Positions 1 through 12,449 of a stretch of DNA of 64,000 nt are shown piece by piece; the stretch's first letter is position 1; each line of letters starts with the position of its first letter. The position numbers and the translations under genes were made by a program. This stretch comes from Macrostomum hystrix (taxonomy: Eukaryota > Animalia > Platyhelminthes), in contig CATNEN010000001.1 in assembly GCA_950097015.1 (NCBI GenBank), positions 27,280,001 to 27,344,000 on the forward strand, given 5' to 3'. The notes under the pieces are model-generated. The model was not told the origin of the DNA. It ran no database searches and saw only the letters and a list, made by a program, of their open reading frames with translations.

Positions 1-665
1 CTGTCCTCCGCGATGATGACTGATCCGCTGGAGTTTCAGGGATTGCTTGTCATCGTGCTGTCCTCCACGATGATGACGCTCGAGTTTCAGGCGGAGCTGG
101 TCATCGTGCTGTCCTCCGCGATGATGACGCTGAAGGTTCAGGGGTAGCTGGTCATCGTGCTGTCCTCCGCGATGATGACGCTGGAGTTTCAGGCGGAGCT
201 GGTCCTCGTGCTGTCCTCTGCGATAATGATGCTGGAGTTTCAGGCGGAGCTGGTCCTCGTGCTGTCCTCTGCGATAATGATGCTGGAGGTTCTATACGAG
301 CTGTGCTGTCCTGTCATCGTGCTGTCCTCCGCGATGATGACTGATCCGCTGGAGTTTCAGGGATTGCTGGTCATCGTGCTGTCCTCCGCGATGATGACGC
401 TGAAGGTTCAGGCGGAGCTGGTCATCGTGCTGTCCTCCGCGATGATGACGCTGAAGGTTCAGGCGGAGCTGGTCATCGTGCTGTCCTCCACGATGATGAC
501 GCTCGAGTTTCAGGCGGAGCTGGTCATCGTGCTGTCCTCCGCGATGATGACGCTGAAGGTTCAGGCGGAGCTGGTCATCGTGCTGTCCTCCGCGATGATG
601 ACGCTGGAGTTTCAGGCGGAGCTGGTCATCGTGCTGTCCTCCGCGATGATGACGGATCCGCTGGA
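1..665. repeat. GC-rich minisatellite, 51-bp unit (57-bp variants), runs off window start
   Basis: Tandem CTGTCCTCCGCGATGATGACGCTG(A/G)AG(G/T)TTCAGGCGGAGCTGGTCATCGTG. Confidence 0.95.
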
Positions 666-1274
666 GGGTTGGGCGGAGCAGCGAAGTTTTCCACGAGTTG
701 GCCGACTGACTTCAGTCCAGCTATTTATATAGGTGGCGAGCCTGAGAGTCAGGCAGCTCTCGGACTCCAGCGCCTCATATGAATTTGAAATGAGTCGGTC
801 CTCTTGAATATTCACCAATATTCCCTTGGCCAGTCATGAATATGGAATAGGCATTAGAATAATAATGAGCAAGCCTGAGTTGGTGTCTTCCAAAAGTTCC
901 CACCATGCCGTGACATCTCCCCTGCTGCCTGGGAAGGCTAGAGCAGCAACGGCTGAGTACTATGCTCAAATTGATTGCGAGCAGCTCCTGTGGTGTTTGA
1001 GCAGCCTGTTGCTGTTGACTCAAGGCGCGGGCGAGCATGAGAAGATGCTCGGAGGCGGGAGGAGAATTCCAGTTGCGGTCCGGAATCGATTTTTCGGGAT
1101 TTGGCAGAGAAGGATTTGGCCTAACTCGTTGACAGAATAGGGGACAATTAAATATTGGCTGCGAAGTGGCTGCAAACTCAGGGGGTGGGTCCCGTTGCGA
1201 GCTGTTAGAAAACCAACTTGACTTGCATGGCACTGAAACAAGGAGAAGCACAGACTGCCAAATCCCCAAAACAC

Positions 1275-2645
1275 AAGATTCCCTAAAATACAAGATCCCT
1301 AAACTACCAGATCCCAAAACTCTCAGATCCGTAAACTAATAGATACCTAAACTACAAGATCCTTATATTACCAGATCCCCAAACTACCCGATCCCGAAAC
1401 TACCAGATCCCTGTATTACCAGATCCCTGTATTACCAGATCCCTAAACTACCAGATCCCTAAACTACCAGATCCCTAAACTACCAGATCCCTAAACTACC
1501 AGATCCCTAAACTACCAGATCCCTAAACTACCAGATCCCTAAACTACCAGATCCCTAAACTACCAGATCCCTAAACTACCAGATCCCGAAACTACAAGAT
1601 CCGCAAACTACCAGATCCCCAAACTACCAGATCCCTAAACTACCAGATCCCTAAACTACCAGATCCCTAAACTACCAGATCCCAAAACTCTCAGATCCCT
1701 AAAGTACCAGATCCCTGTATTACCAGATCCCTGTATTACCAGATCCCTAAACTACCAGATCCCTGTATTACCAGATCCCTGTATTACCAGATCCCTAAAC
1801 TACCAGATCCCTGTATTACCAGATCCCTGTATTACCAGATCCCTAAACTACCAGATCCCTGTATTACCAGATCCCTAAACTACCAGATCCCTAAACTACC
1901 AGATCCCTAAACTACCAGATCCCTAAACTACCAGATCCCTAAACTACCAGATCCCTAAACTACCAGATCCCTAAACTACCAGATCCCTAAACTACCAGAT
2001 CCCTAAACTACCAGATCCCTAAACTACCAGATCCCTAAACTACCAGATCCCTAAACTACCAGATCCCTAAACTACCAGATCCCTAAACTACCAGATCCCT
2101 AAACTACCAGATCCCTAAACTACCAGATCCCTAAACTACCAGATCCCTAAACTACCAGATCCCTAAACTACCAGATCCCTAAACTACCAGATCCCTAAAC
2201 TACCAGATCCCTAAACTACCAGATCCCTAAACTACCAGATCCCTAAACTACCAGATCCCTAAACTACCAGATCCCTAAACTACCAGATCCCTAAACTACC
2301 AGATCCCTAAACTACCAGATCCCTAAACTACCAGATCCCTAAACTACCAGATCCCTAAACTACCAGATCCCTAAACTACCAGATCCCTAAACTACCAGAT
2401 CCCTAAACTACCAGATCCCTAAACTACCAGATCCCTAAACTACCAGATCCCTAAACTACCAGATCCCTAAACTACCAGATCCCTAAACTACCAGATCCCT
2501 AAACTACCAGATCCCTAAACTACCAGATCCCTAAACTACCAGATCCCTAAACTACCAGATCCCTAAACTACCAGATCCCTAAACTACCAGATCCCTAAAC
2601 TACCAGATCCCTGTATTACCAGACCCCTAAACTACCAGATCTCCA
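1275..2645. repeat. 16-bp minisatellite (CCCTAAACTACCAGAT)n
   Basis: Near-perfect tandem array with CCCTGTATTACCAGAT variants, degenerate at left edge. Confidence 0.97.
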
Positions 2646-3236
2646 GACCTCAATCGTTTGAAGTCAACTCAGTCAACCTTTCAATCCAAGCTTCAAAGAG
2701 CTGAGCATGGCGGATCATGGCAGTCCTTTTGTCGTCAGAAAAGTCACTCTGCGAGAGTGGGCAGTGTGTGAGCAGATTTTGTCTAAGACAATCGAATTTA
2801 CTCAGACAAGTGAGACGCGGAGTAGAATTTCGCCCGTGAGTCCGCATTTCTAATTTCGGCTGGTGGAGGACGAGAGAGTGAGGAGAATAGGGATTTGCGG
2901 GGCCAGATATGCCCTGGGGAGATTAGGGATAAGTGCCTGAACGAGACGGAAGGCGCTCCTGTTTTGACAGGCCGGCTGAGGCAGGAAGTCAGGTGGTGGT
3001 TGCAGGGCCGGTGAAATGTCTACAACAGAATTCAAGCGGATGAGAAAGTGTGCAGTTATTGAGATCTGGAGTTTGATGACCAGCTTGAGCCACTGAAAAT
3101 GCTGTTAGCATAGACGGCCTTAATTCTGGAATTTTTAGATAAGAGAAAGACAATGTCTTCGACATTTAGGCGATACAGGATATAAGTATCTCACAAAAGC
3201 TGTTGAAAGCTTTGAAGGCTTTGAGAGGGAACGGTC

Positions 3237-4744
3237 GAGAGTCTGGGATAGACTGGGAGAGTCTGGGATAGACTAGGAGAGTTTGGGATAAACTAGGAGA
3301 GTCTGGGATAGACTGGGAGAGTCTGGGATAGACTAGGAGAGTTTGGGATAAACTAGGAGAGTCTGGGATAGACTGGGAGAGTTTGGGATAGACTGGGAGA
3401 GTCTGGGATAGACTAGGAGAGTCTGGGATAGACTGGGAGAGTCTGGGATAGACTAGAAGAGTCTGGGATAGACTGGGAGAGTCTGGGATAGACTAGGAGA
3501 GTCTGGGATAGACTAGGAGAGTCTGGGATAGACTGGGAGAGTCTGGGATAGACTAGGAGAGTCTGGGATAGACTAGGAGAGTCTGGGATAGACTGGGAGA
3601 GTCTGGGATAGACTAGGAGAGTCTGGGATAGACTGGGAGAGTCTGGGATAGACTAGGAGAGTCTGGGATAGACTAGGAGAGTCTGGGATAGACTGGGAGA
3701 GTCTGGGATAGACTAGGAGAGTCTGGGATAGACTAGGAGAGTCTGGGATAGACTGGGAGAGTCTGGGATAGACTAGGAGAGTCTGGGATAGACTAGGAGA
3801 GTCTGGGATAGACTGGGAGAGTCTGGGATAGACTAGGAGAGTCTGGGATAGACTAGGAGAGTCTGGGATAGACTGGGAGAGTTTGGGATAGACTAGGAGA
3901 GTCTGGGATAGACTAGGAGAGTCTGGGATAGACTATGAGAGTTTGGGATAGACTAGGAGAGTCTGGGATAGACTATGAGAGTTTGGGATAGACTAGGAGA
4001 GTCTGGGATAGACTAGGAGAGTCTGGGATAGACTAGGAGAGTCTGGGATAGACTGGGAGAGTCTGGGATAGACTAGGAGAGTCTGGGATAGACTAGGAGA
4101 GTCTGGGATAGACTGGGAGAGTCTGGGATAGACTAGGAGAGTCTGGGATAGACTAGGAGAGTCTGGGATAGACTGGGAGAGTTTGGGATAGACTAGGAGA
4201 GTCTGGGATAGACTAGGAGAGTCTGGGATAGACTAGGAGAGTCTGGGATAGACTGGGAGAGTCTGGGATAGACTAGGAGAGTCTGGGATAGACTAGGAGA
4301 GTCTGGGATAGACTGGGAGAGTTTGGGATAGACTAGGAGAGTCTGGGATAGACTAGGAGAGTCTGGGATAGACTATGAGAGTTTGGGATAGACTAGGAGA
4401 GTCTGGGATAGACTATGAGAGTTTGGGATAGACTAGGAGAGTCTGGGATAGACTAGGAGAGTCTGGGATAGACTAGGAGAGTCTGGGATAGACTGGGAGA
4501 GTCTGGGATAGACTAGGAGAGTCTGGGATAGACTAGGAGAGTCTGGGATAGACTGGGAGAGTTTGGGATAGACTAGGAGAGTCTGGGATAGACTGGGAGA
4601 GTTTGGGATAGACTAGGAGAGTCTGGGATAGACTGGGAGAGTTTGGGATAGACTAGGAGAGTCTGGGATAGACTAGGAGAGTTTGGGATAGACTAGGAGA
4701 GTCTGGGATAGACTGGGAGAGTTTGGGATAGACTAGGAGAGTCT
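3237..4744. repeat. 20-bp minisatellite (GTCTGGGATAGACT[A/G]GGAGA)n
   Basis: Perfect 20-bp register over ~1.5 kb. Confidence 0.97.
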
Positions 4745-6305
4745 GTGACAAACAAGGGCAAACAATGCAATCAGCAGTCCCAGCTCCAGATTGCGGATAC
4801 GAACACCCACCCCACCGACCCGGGCGTCAATGGAAGCCAGCTGGCCCTGTGGAACGTTTGCCTGCCGCAGCTTGCCATCAGCTCGCAGACGTGTGCGCGC
4901 AAGAAGAGCCTCGGGTTCAGAAAAGCTGTTGATATGCAAAGTTTATGCAAATTTTTGATAATCCCGGGCTATGGCGATCTGGCCGTGGGCCCCGAACCGA
5001 CCCCGGAGCCCAGGGCGTGCATCTCCATAACTCCATCAAGCAGTGTTTAACATATAAATGAGCGCTCCATAATTGAATAGTGACTGCCACTGCTGGGCTG
5101 CTGGGTGTGAGAGAGACGGAGAGATTCCAGCTGGCCGCAGACGGTATAAAGGAGGCTGCCGTTTGTGCCAGGACCGACCGGGCAGTGGCAACAGCGGAGT
5201 CACGAGCCTGTATGAGACTGACCGACTCGCTGAATGGCGAACTCGACAGACAAGGCCACCAGGAAGACGATATGAAAATTCGCATTGTTATGGACCTGAC
5301 TGGCAGATTTGGACATCAGGTGAGACATTGTGAAGGACTGTCTATGGACTGGGACACGCGACAATTTCCATTGCAACTGAATGACGTCATAGGAAAGAGA
5401 TCAAATAACAGAACAGTGGGAAATCAGAACCCAACTCGCTTTAGCCATTTGTTACCTGCAGATAGAGAAGCAAATAAAACACTGAAACCGCTTTGTAGCA
5501 AATAGTTAACAATGCTGAAACAAGTACTCGGCCAGCGAAATCGCAGGAAAACCTCAGACATTGTTGGCCCAAACTGTGCTAGCTGGAGCCCGGCTGTCCG
5601 CTGAGTAAAGTCAGCGCCACCACGGCCTGACTGATGAAATCCAATCAGTCAGGCCAGCCAGTACCCCCTGCTGTGACGCCTCCTTGTGGCTGTTTAATAA
5701 GCTCATTTGTGAGGCCTGGCCCAAATTCAACACCCTCGCAGCCTCCCAGCCTCCTTCGCTTCCCAAATCCTCACCAAACGAATTGGCCGAGCAAAGAAGA
5801 GAAGAAGAAAGATGAGCGGGCGGCGGACCAGAAGGAGGGACGGAAGAAAAGGCGCGACATTCTCACTCGGGCTGGGGATCTGTGGGGAGCCGCTAACTCA
5901 GCACGGCACCAGGGGGACTCGCTACCCCGCCCCATAGAGCCTGGGAGTTCTGATGAAACCGGGCCTAATTCCCAAATCAATCAGACAGACCTCCGCTCTG
6001 ACTGGGAATGAGATCCCCCACATGAGCTGCAGTGGAATCCCGGATTCCGCTGGGGGAGCCGGGGTCCACCAATTCGTCGCATTCAGTCCCCAGTGATGGG
6101 CGAGTCAACTCAACTCAACTCAACTCAACTCCATCCCTGGCTTGGGAGGAGCTGAAGATTGTCAAAACGCAGGATGAGCAGCACAGGACTCACACTAAAT
6201 GCAGCGGGGAAGCTGGCTTTCAGAGCAAGTTGATCAGCATCCCAATTGCAGCTCTACTCTCGTACTTTTTATACTTTTTATAAGGGCAAAGGGTAGGATA
6301 GGCCA

Positions 6306-7790
6306 TGAGAGTCTCGGATAGACTGTTAGAGTCCAGGATAGATTTTGAGAGTCCAGGATAGATTTTGAGAGTCCAGGATAGATTTTGAGAGTCCAGGATA
6401 GATTTTGAGAGTCTAGGATAAAGTTTGAGAGTCTAGGATAGAGTTTGAGATTCCAGGATAGATTTCGAGAGTCTAGGATAGATTTTGAGAGTCCAGGATA
6501 TATTTTGAGAGTCCAGGATAGATTTTGAGAGTCCAGGATAGATTTTGAGAGTCCAGGATAGATTTTGAGAGTCCAGGATAGATTTTGAGAGTCCAGGATA
6601 GATTTTGAGAGTCCAGGATAGATTTTGAGAGTCCACGATAGATTTTGAGAGTCTAGGATAAAGTTTGAGAGTCTAGGATAGAGTTTGAGATTCCAGGATA
6701 GATTTCGAGAGTCTAGGATATAGTTTGAGAGTCTAGGATATAGTTTGAGAGTCCAGGATAGATTTTGAGAGTCCAGGATAGATTTTGAGAGTCCAGGATA
6801 GATTTTGAGAGTCCAGGATAGATTTTGAGAGTCCAGGATAGATTTTGAGAGTCCACGATAGATTTTGAGAGTCTAGGATAAAGTTTGAGAGTCTAGGATA
6901 GAGTTTGAGATTCCAGGATAGATTTCGAGAGTCTAGGATAGATTTTGAGAGTCTAGGATATAGTTTGAGAGTCTAGGATATAGTTTGAGAGTCCAGGATA
7001 GATTTTGAGAGTCCAGGATAGATTTTGAGAGTCCACGATAGATTTTGAGAGTCTAGGATAAAGTTTGAGAGTCTAGGATAGAGTTTGAGATTCCAGGATA
7101 GATTTCGAGAGTCTAGGATAGATTTTGAGAGTCTAGGATATAGTTTGAGAGTCTAGGATATAGTTTGAGAGTCCAGGATAGATTTTGAGAGTCCAGGATA
7201 GATTTTGAGAGTCCACGATAGATTTTGAGAGTCCAGGATAGATTTTGAGAGTCTAGGATAGAGTTTGAGAGTCCAGGATAGATTTCGAGAGTCTAGGATA
7301 GATTTTGAGAGTCTAGGATAGATTTTGAGAGTCCACGATAGATTTTGAGAGTCTAGGATAAAGTTTGAGAGTCTAGGATAGAGTTTGAGATTCCAGGATA
7401 GATTTCGAGAGTCTAGGATAGATTTTGAGAGTCTAGGATATAGTTTGAGAGTCTAGGATATAGTTTGAGAGTCCAGGACAGATTTTGAGAGTCCAGGATA
7501 GATTTTGAGAGTCCAGGATAGATTTTGAGAGTCCAGGATAGATTTTGAGAGTCCAGGATAGACTGTGAGAGTCCAGGATAGACTGTGAGAGTCCAGGATA
7601 GACTGCGAGAGTCCAGGATAGACTGTGAGAGTCCAGGATAGACTGCGAGAGTCCAGGATAGACTGTGAGAGTCCAGGATAGACTGTGAGAGTCCAGGATA
7701 GACTGCGAGAGTCCAGGATAGACTGTGAGAGTCCAGGATAGACTGCGAGAGTCCAGGATAGACTGTGAGAGTCCAGGACAGACTGTCTAG
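6306..7790. repeat. 20-bp minisatellite (GTC[C/T]AGGATAGATTTTGAGA)n, related to the 3237-4744 array
   Basis: 20-bp register; right end shifts to GTCCAGGATAGACTG[T/C]GAGA. Confidence 0.97.
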
Positions 7791-9447
7791 GACAGACTTG
7801 AGCAAGTTCAGCAGCTTGGCCAATGTGGTCTCAACTCGCATATTTCAAATCTTTACAAAGAACGCAAATAGTTATTTTCCTTCACCCAAGTTGGCCTGTG
7901 TCTCACTAATTAAGTTAGGGCAGTTTTGTCTTTGTATAGTTGCGGCGAGTCATTGAAGTCTCGTGTGTCTCATTGCGTTATAATTGAATTCCGCAAATCT
8001 AGCAGTTGAGCCTTTATGACGAAATTTAATAGCCGAAGTTCTGAATTTCCTGCGAAGGCCTGCTTCCAGAATGTAGCAGAAACTCCGCCTTGCCATCTCC
8101 GCTGATGCAGGCCCTCCAACAAGAAATTTGTTTTCGTCTCAAATTTTGCTGTTTCTGAGACCAATTTCCAAACAATTTTTCCCCGCCCATTGCTTGCAGG
8201 AAACTTGTGAATGTTGTCACGCGTGCGGGGGGTGAGACTAGACGCCTTAAAATGATCCCCATTTTGGGACAGAACTAAGGGAGAGCCAAGCGAAAGTGAG
8301 GCGGCCTGGCCCATAGACAATGAAATTTATTCGTTACCGCGGGGCCAACTTCGGCACTTTCACACTTCGAAGGAGCGCATGCGGGACATGGCGGCGGGAG
8401 GTAACCCGCCCTGAAGTCGCACATTTTTTGGACGCCGCATCCGCCCAGCTTGCTAGGAGGGAGAAAATCCCACCAACTCCGCATGGCGGATGAAGCACGT
8501 TCTGCCTGGGATGATTGTATCGCTGAGCTGAGCACGGGGTCTCAAGTCTGCTTCTTGAAATGGGCATTTCTCAGCGAAAGTGTCTGGACCAGCCAGCCTT
8601 GCGCAACCACCTCTCAGACCAGCGATCCGGCTGACAGGTCGGATTGAGCAGTCAAATGTTGCAGAATTGGTGACACAAAAGCAGCAACAGGCACAGCTGG
8701 CAAATGTACTTAGAATCTAATATATCCAGTTCAGCCAGCCCTGAATGCTTCAGCAAACTTCCTCTGAGTTTGAGTGCCACCCCAGAGCGGTGACAATGAA
8801 ATCCGACCTGCTCAGCCGGTGGCGGCAAAGTTTTTAGCAATAAAAAATGCACTCGAACTGCAGGATAGGGACAGTAAGCGAATGCCTGGGCAAACACTGG
8901 GGCCATGCATTGCTCCACTTTCTTTGATTTGGTGTCAGTCAACACGCGGACAGGACCGATGGAGATGGGAGTGGCAGATAGAGACTGGGGCTGTGAGCAC
9001 AGTTCTGGCATGCTGCTCGATTCTCAATCCCTGATTTCTCGGCCAGGCCCACATCCCATGGCTGGCATGACGGAAACTCAACAGCTGCCTCGCAGCCCCC
9101 GCCGCCGCTTTTTGAGACGCGTGGCGAAAAGCTAATCAAGGAACCGTGAGCTCATGCGCTTGTTTGCCCACTCGGTCCCTGATCCCCCCGCACAGATCCC
9201 CAAATTGAGGAAGGTTGCAGGCAAAGATGACTTGGCTAAACTTTGTCTGAGTTTGAAAAATCCCACCCAAACTCACTCCTCAAATCCCAACTCATCAAAT
9301 CAACTGGGGTGGCGTTTCCTATTTTGACAGCTTGGAAGTCTGGAGGCACGCCGGCTGAAAACAATGGCCGAGAGAAATCTGGCGCTGATGGTTTTTGGGG
9401 CACCTGGCAGACAGTTGCGAAATAAACAAGCCCAGCGCGTAGGAGTG

Positions 9448-9990
9448 CGGGAAATGGCGCCTCACATGAGGGAAATGGCTCCTCACATGATGGAAATGGC
9501 TCCTCACATGAGGGAAATGGCTCCTCACATGATGGAAATGGCGCCTCACATGAGGGAAATGGCACTATCTGTAGGGAAATGGCGCCTCACATGAGGGAAA
9601 TGGCACTATCTGTAGGGAAATGGCACTATCTTTAGGGAAATGGCACTATCATTAGGGAAATGGCACTATCTTTAGGGAAATGGCACTATCTGTAGGGAAA
9701 TGGCACTATCTGTAGGGAAATGGCACTATCTTTAGGGAAATGGCACTATCATTAGGGAAATGGCACTATCTTTAGGGAAATGGCACTATCTGTAGGGAAA
9801 TGGCACTATCTGTAGGGAAATAGCACTATCTTTAGGGAAATGGCACTGTCAGTAGTGAAATGGCATTATTTGTAGGGAAATGGCAATATCAGTAGGAAAT
9901 GGCATTATTTGTAGGGAAATGGCAATATCAGTAGGAAATGGCATTATTTGTAGGGAAATGGCAATATCAGTAGGAAATGGCGCCTCTCAG
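9448..9990. repeat. AAATGGC-core minisatellite (21-bp then 20-bp units)
   Basis: GGGAAATGGC[G/T]CCTCACATGA then GGGAAATGGCACTATCTGTA repeats. Confidence 0.95.
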
Positions 9991-10129
9991 TAGAATAAAG
10001 GCACCCATTTTCGGAAACAGCACACACTGTAAGAAAAAGACATTAAAATGTTTTTTAATATATTTTGCTAGCAGGACAGTGTGGGCTTTGGCACACTATT
10101 TGTTAACAATAGACACACAAACAATAGCA

Positions 10130-10244
10130 CACTCACACAGCTGTGTACATCTGACCTGACTTTCTCTGATCGTCGGGCAGTGCACACTCTCACTGTGCCT
10201 TTGTGGGTTGGCCTTCAAGGAAGTAAACGTACGACAAGCCCCAA
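10130..10244 (-). mobile_element. Degenerate internal fragment of SINE family B
   Basis: Aligns by eye to 57515-57627 (CTCACACAG.TGTGTACATCTG.CCTGACTTTCTC...CGACAAGCCCCAAA). Confidence 0.75.
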
Positions 10245-10789
10245 ATTAATGTAGCCTCTGCGGTATCGCTGATTGAGCACAGTAAATTTGGCATGAAAAC
10301 ACGATAACAATGCTCCCTGCCTTAATCATTAGCCAGAGGAAAGTAGAATGGCGAGGGCCACAGTCAGTCACTGCCATGTCATGCGGCATTCCTGCACTCT
10401 GCCATCCGGGTTTGAGCAGTCACACAGGTAAATGGGTCTGGCATTGAGCAGGCTGTGATCAATCAGCCGCAGCAGCAGGAAGACCTGGGCGTCCGGCCTG
10501 CCAGCTGAAATAAAATTGCCAAAACACGACTCAATAACTTTCCCATTTCTCAATGACCTGCCGCGCTACCCATTCATTCTCTCCTTTATCGGCTAGATCT
10601 GCGCCGGTCAAAGGGCAAAGAGAAACTGAATGGAAATACCTGAGCCATTGGCATTGGTGAGATCAGGGCTAGGTTAAATACGGCCTCTTTTAGTAGCTAT
10701 GGACTGACAGCTGCCTCCTGCACTCAACCCCTCTGATATTTCTTTAGAGGGGATAACTCTGCATCTGTCTATCCCACCTCTCCACCTAT

Positions 10790-11466
10790 CCCCGCCTCCT
10801 CTCTACTTCTCGCTACCTCTCTCTACCTCTCTCTGCCTCTCTCTACCTCTCTCTACCTCTCTCTACCTCTCTCTACCTCTCTCTACCTCCCTCTACCTCT
10901 CTACCTCTATCTACCTCTCTACCTCTCTCTACCTCTCTCTCTACCTCTCTACCTCTCTTCACCTCTCTCTCTACTTCTCTCTACCTCTCTCTACCTCTCT
11001 CTACCTCTCTTTACCTCTCTCTCTACCTCTCTTTACCTCTCTCTACCTCTCTCTACCTCTCTCTACCTCCCTCTACCTCTCTACCTCTATCTACCTCTCT
11101 ACCTCTCTCTACCTCTCTCTCTACCTCTCTACCTCTCTTCACCTCTCTCTCTACTTCTCTCTACCTCTCTCTACCTCTCTCTACCTCTCTTTACCTCTCT
11201 CTACCTCTCTCTGCCTCTCTCTACCTCTCTCTACCTCTCTGTACCTCTCTCTACCTCTCTCTACCTCTCTCTGCCTCTCTCTACCTCTCTCTACCTCTCT
11301 CTGCCTCTCTCTACCTCTCTCTACCTCTCTCTACCTCTCTCTACCTCTCTCTACCTCCCTCTACCTCTCTTTACCTCTCTCTCTACCTCTCTTTACCTCT
11401 CTCTCTACCTCTCTTTACCTCTCTCTCTACCTCTCTTTACCTCTCTCTCTACCTCTCTCTACCTCT
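10790..11466. repeat. Pyrimidine-rich microsatellite (CTACCTCTCT)n
   Basis: Direct inspection; reverse complement of the AGAGAGGTAG motif in the 16.2-18.1 kb array. Confidence 0.95.
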
Positions 11467-11540
11467 GGAGTATGGATTGAGTTGCGGGGCGCTGCCGAAT
11501 CGATTACGATATGTTGAGATTGAAAGCTGAATCTAAACAA

Positions 11541-11650
11541 GCGCCTATAGCCTAATGGCTAGAGCGCTAGGCTAGACTCTACTGATGAGCTCAAATAAGA
11601 GCGAAACGCGTCTGGAGTTGCCTTGGTTCGAATCCTGATTTCATTTTTTT
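11541..11650 (+). ncRNA. tRNA-derived Pol III transcription unit (SINE-like/retrozyme-like) carrying an internal hammerhead ribozyme
   Basis: A box TAGCCTAATGG 11548-11558 at tRNA position 8 from G11541; B box GGTTCGAATCC 11625-11635; T7 run 11644-11650; no acceptor-stem pairing, so not a functional tRNA. Confidence 0.75.
11569..11623 (+). ncRNA. Type I hammerhead ribozyme with palindromic (dimer-type) stem III
   Basis: Core CUGAUGA 11582-11588; stem II GCUC/GAGC with loop AAAUAA; GAAA 11603-11606; ACGCGU palindrome; GUC cleavage triplet 11610-11612; stem I GACUCUA/UGGAGUU extended by AGGC/GCCU across a UA bulge. Confidence 0.88.
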
Positions 11651-12449
11651 CGATACATATCGGAATCGATTCCAACATTAGATTTTTGAAATTCAATGGG
11701 CAGTGTCCTCTCTCCTCTCTCCCGCTCTCTCTCTCCCTCTTTCCCTCTCTCTACCTCTCTCTACCTCTTTCTAACTCTCTGCAATTCAATCGCAACAGAC
11801 TCCAGATTGTTTATCCCAATCTAGCAGCAGCCCATTCACCCCATGAATTTATCCTCCCAGAATCCCCAGTTCCCCATCGAGCAGTCCCATGAGGTGTGAT
11901 TTCTCAGCAGCCCAATTAGCATAACAGTTCTCAAATCCCAGTGTTTTCCTCAAATAATTTTCCCAGCATTTTAATTTCTTTACCGCGGCTTTCAAACTCA
12001 ATCTCCCATGGGGAAGCTGTGGGTATTTTCATCGCCTTTGGGATCTGCGTGGAATGGGAACGTGACGTGCGCTGTGTCATGTAGATGGGGATACATTTTG
12101 CAGCTTTCAGAAGTCTAGATCCCAACAGACGATATGAGCGGCAAATTGAGCACAGAAGGGATAATCTAATTGCTGAGTTCTCCTTCAACGCCCCTCCCTT
12201 CAGCGCACCCTGCTCATCGAATTAAAATCAGTTGGCACAAGATTGGTTCACTTTCACACCCGGCTGACTCAAGTGTATAATTATACCAGCTAAATTTCAA
12301 CACTTTATTTTACATCATTCGGTGAGGTGATTTTGATGGAGAAACTTTGGATTTGATCTGTTTTAAATTGAAAGCCTGAAAAGCTTAATTGAATGGGGGC
12401 AAGGCGCGTGGAAATGGCAGCCGTTGTTGAAAAACTTGAATGGCACTTT

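Larger units (their letters stand above)
11497..11672. repeat. 18-bp inverted repeat flanking the Pol III/hammerhead cassette
   Basis: GAATCGATTACGATATGT (11497-11514) vs ACATATCGGAATCGATTC (11655-11672; revcomp GAATCGATTCCGATATGT), 17/18 identical. Confidence 0.8.

Noticed and set aside
1-732. 191-aa hydrophobic repeat ORF (+) and HHRGGQHDDQLRLKLQR frame (-)
   Set aside because: Product of a 51-bp unit; both frames contain a stop within the array (+ at ~145, - at ~293); no domain or gene structure
1275-2645. Telomere-like CCCTAAA in the 16-bp array
   Set aside because: Heptamer is embedded in a 16-bp unit, not a contiguous telomeric tract
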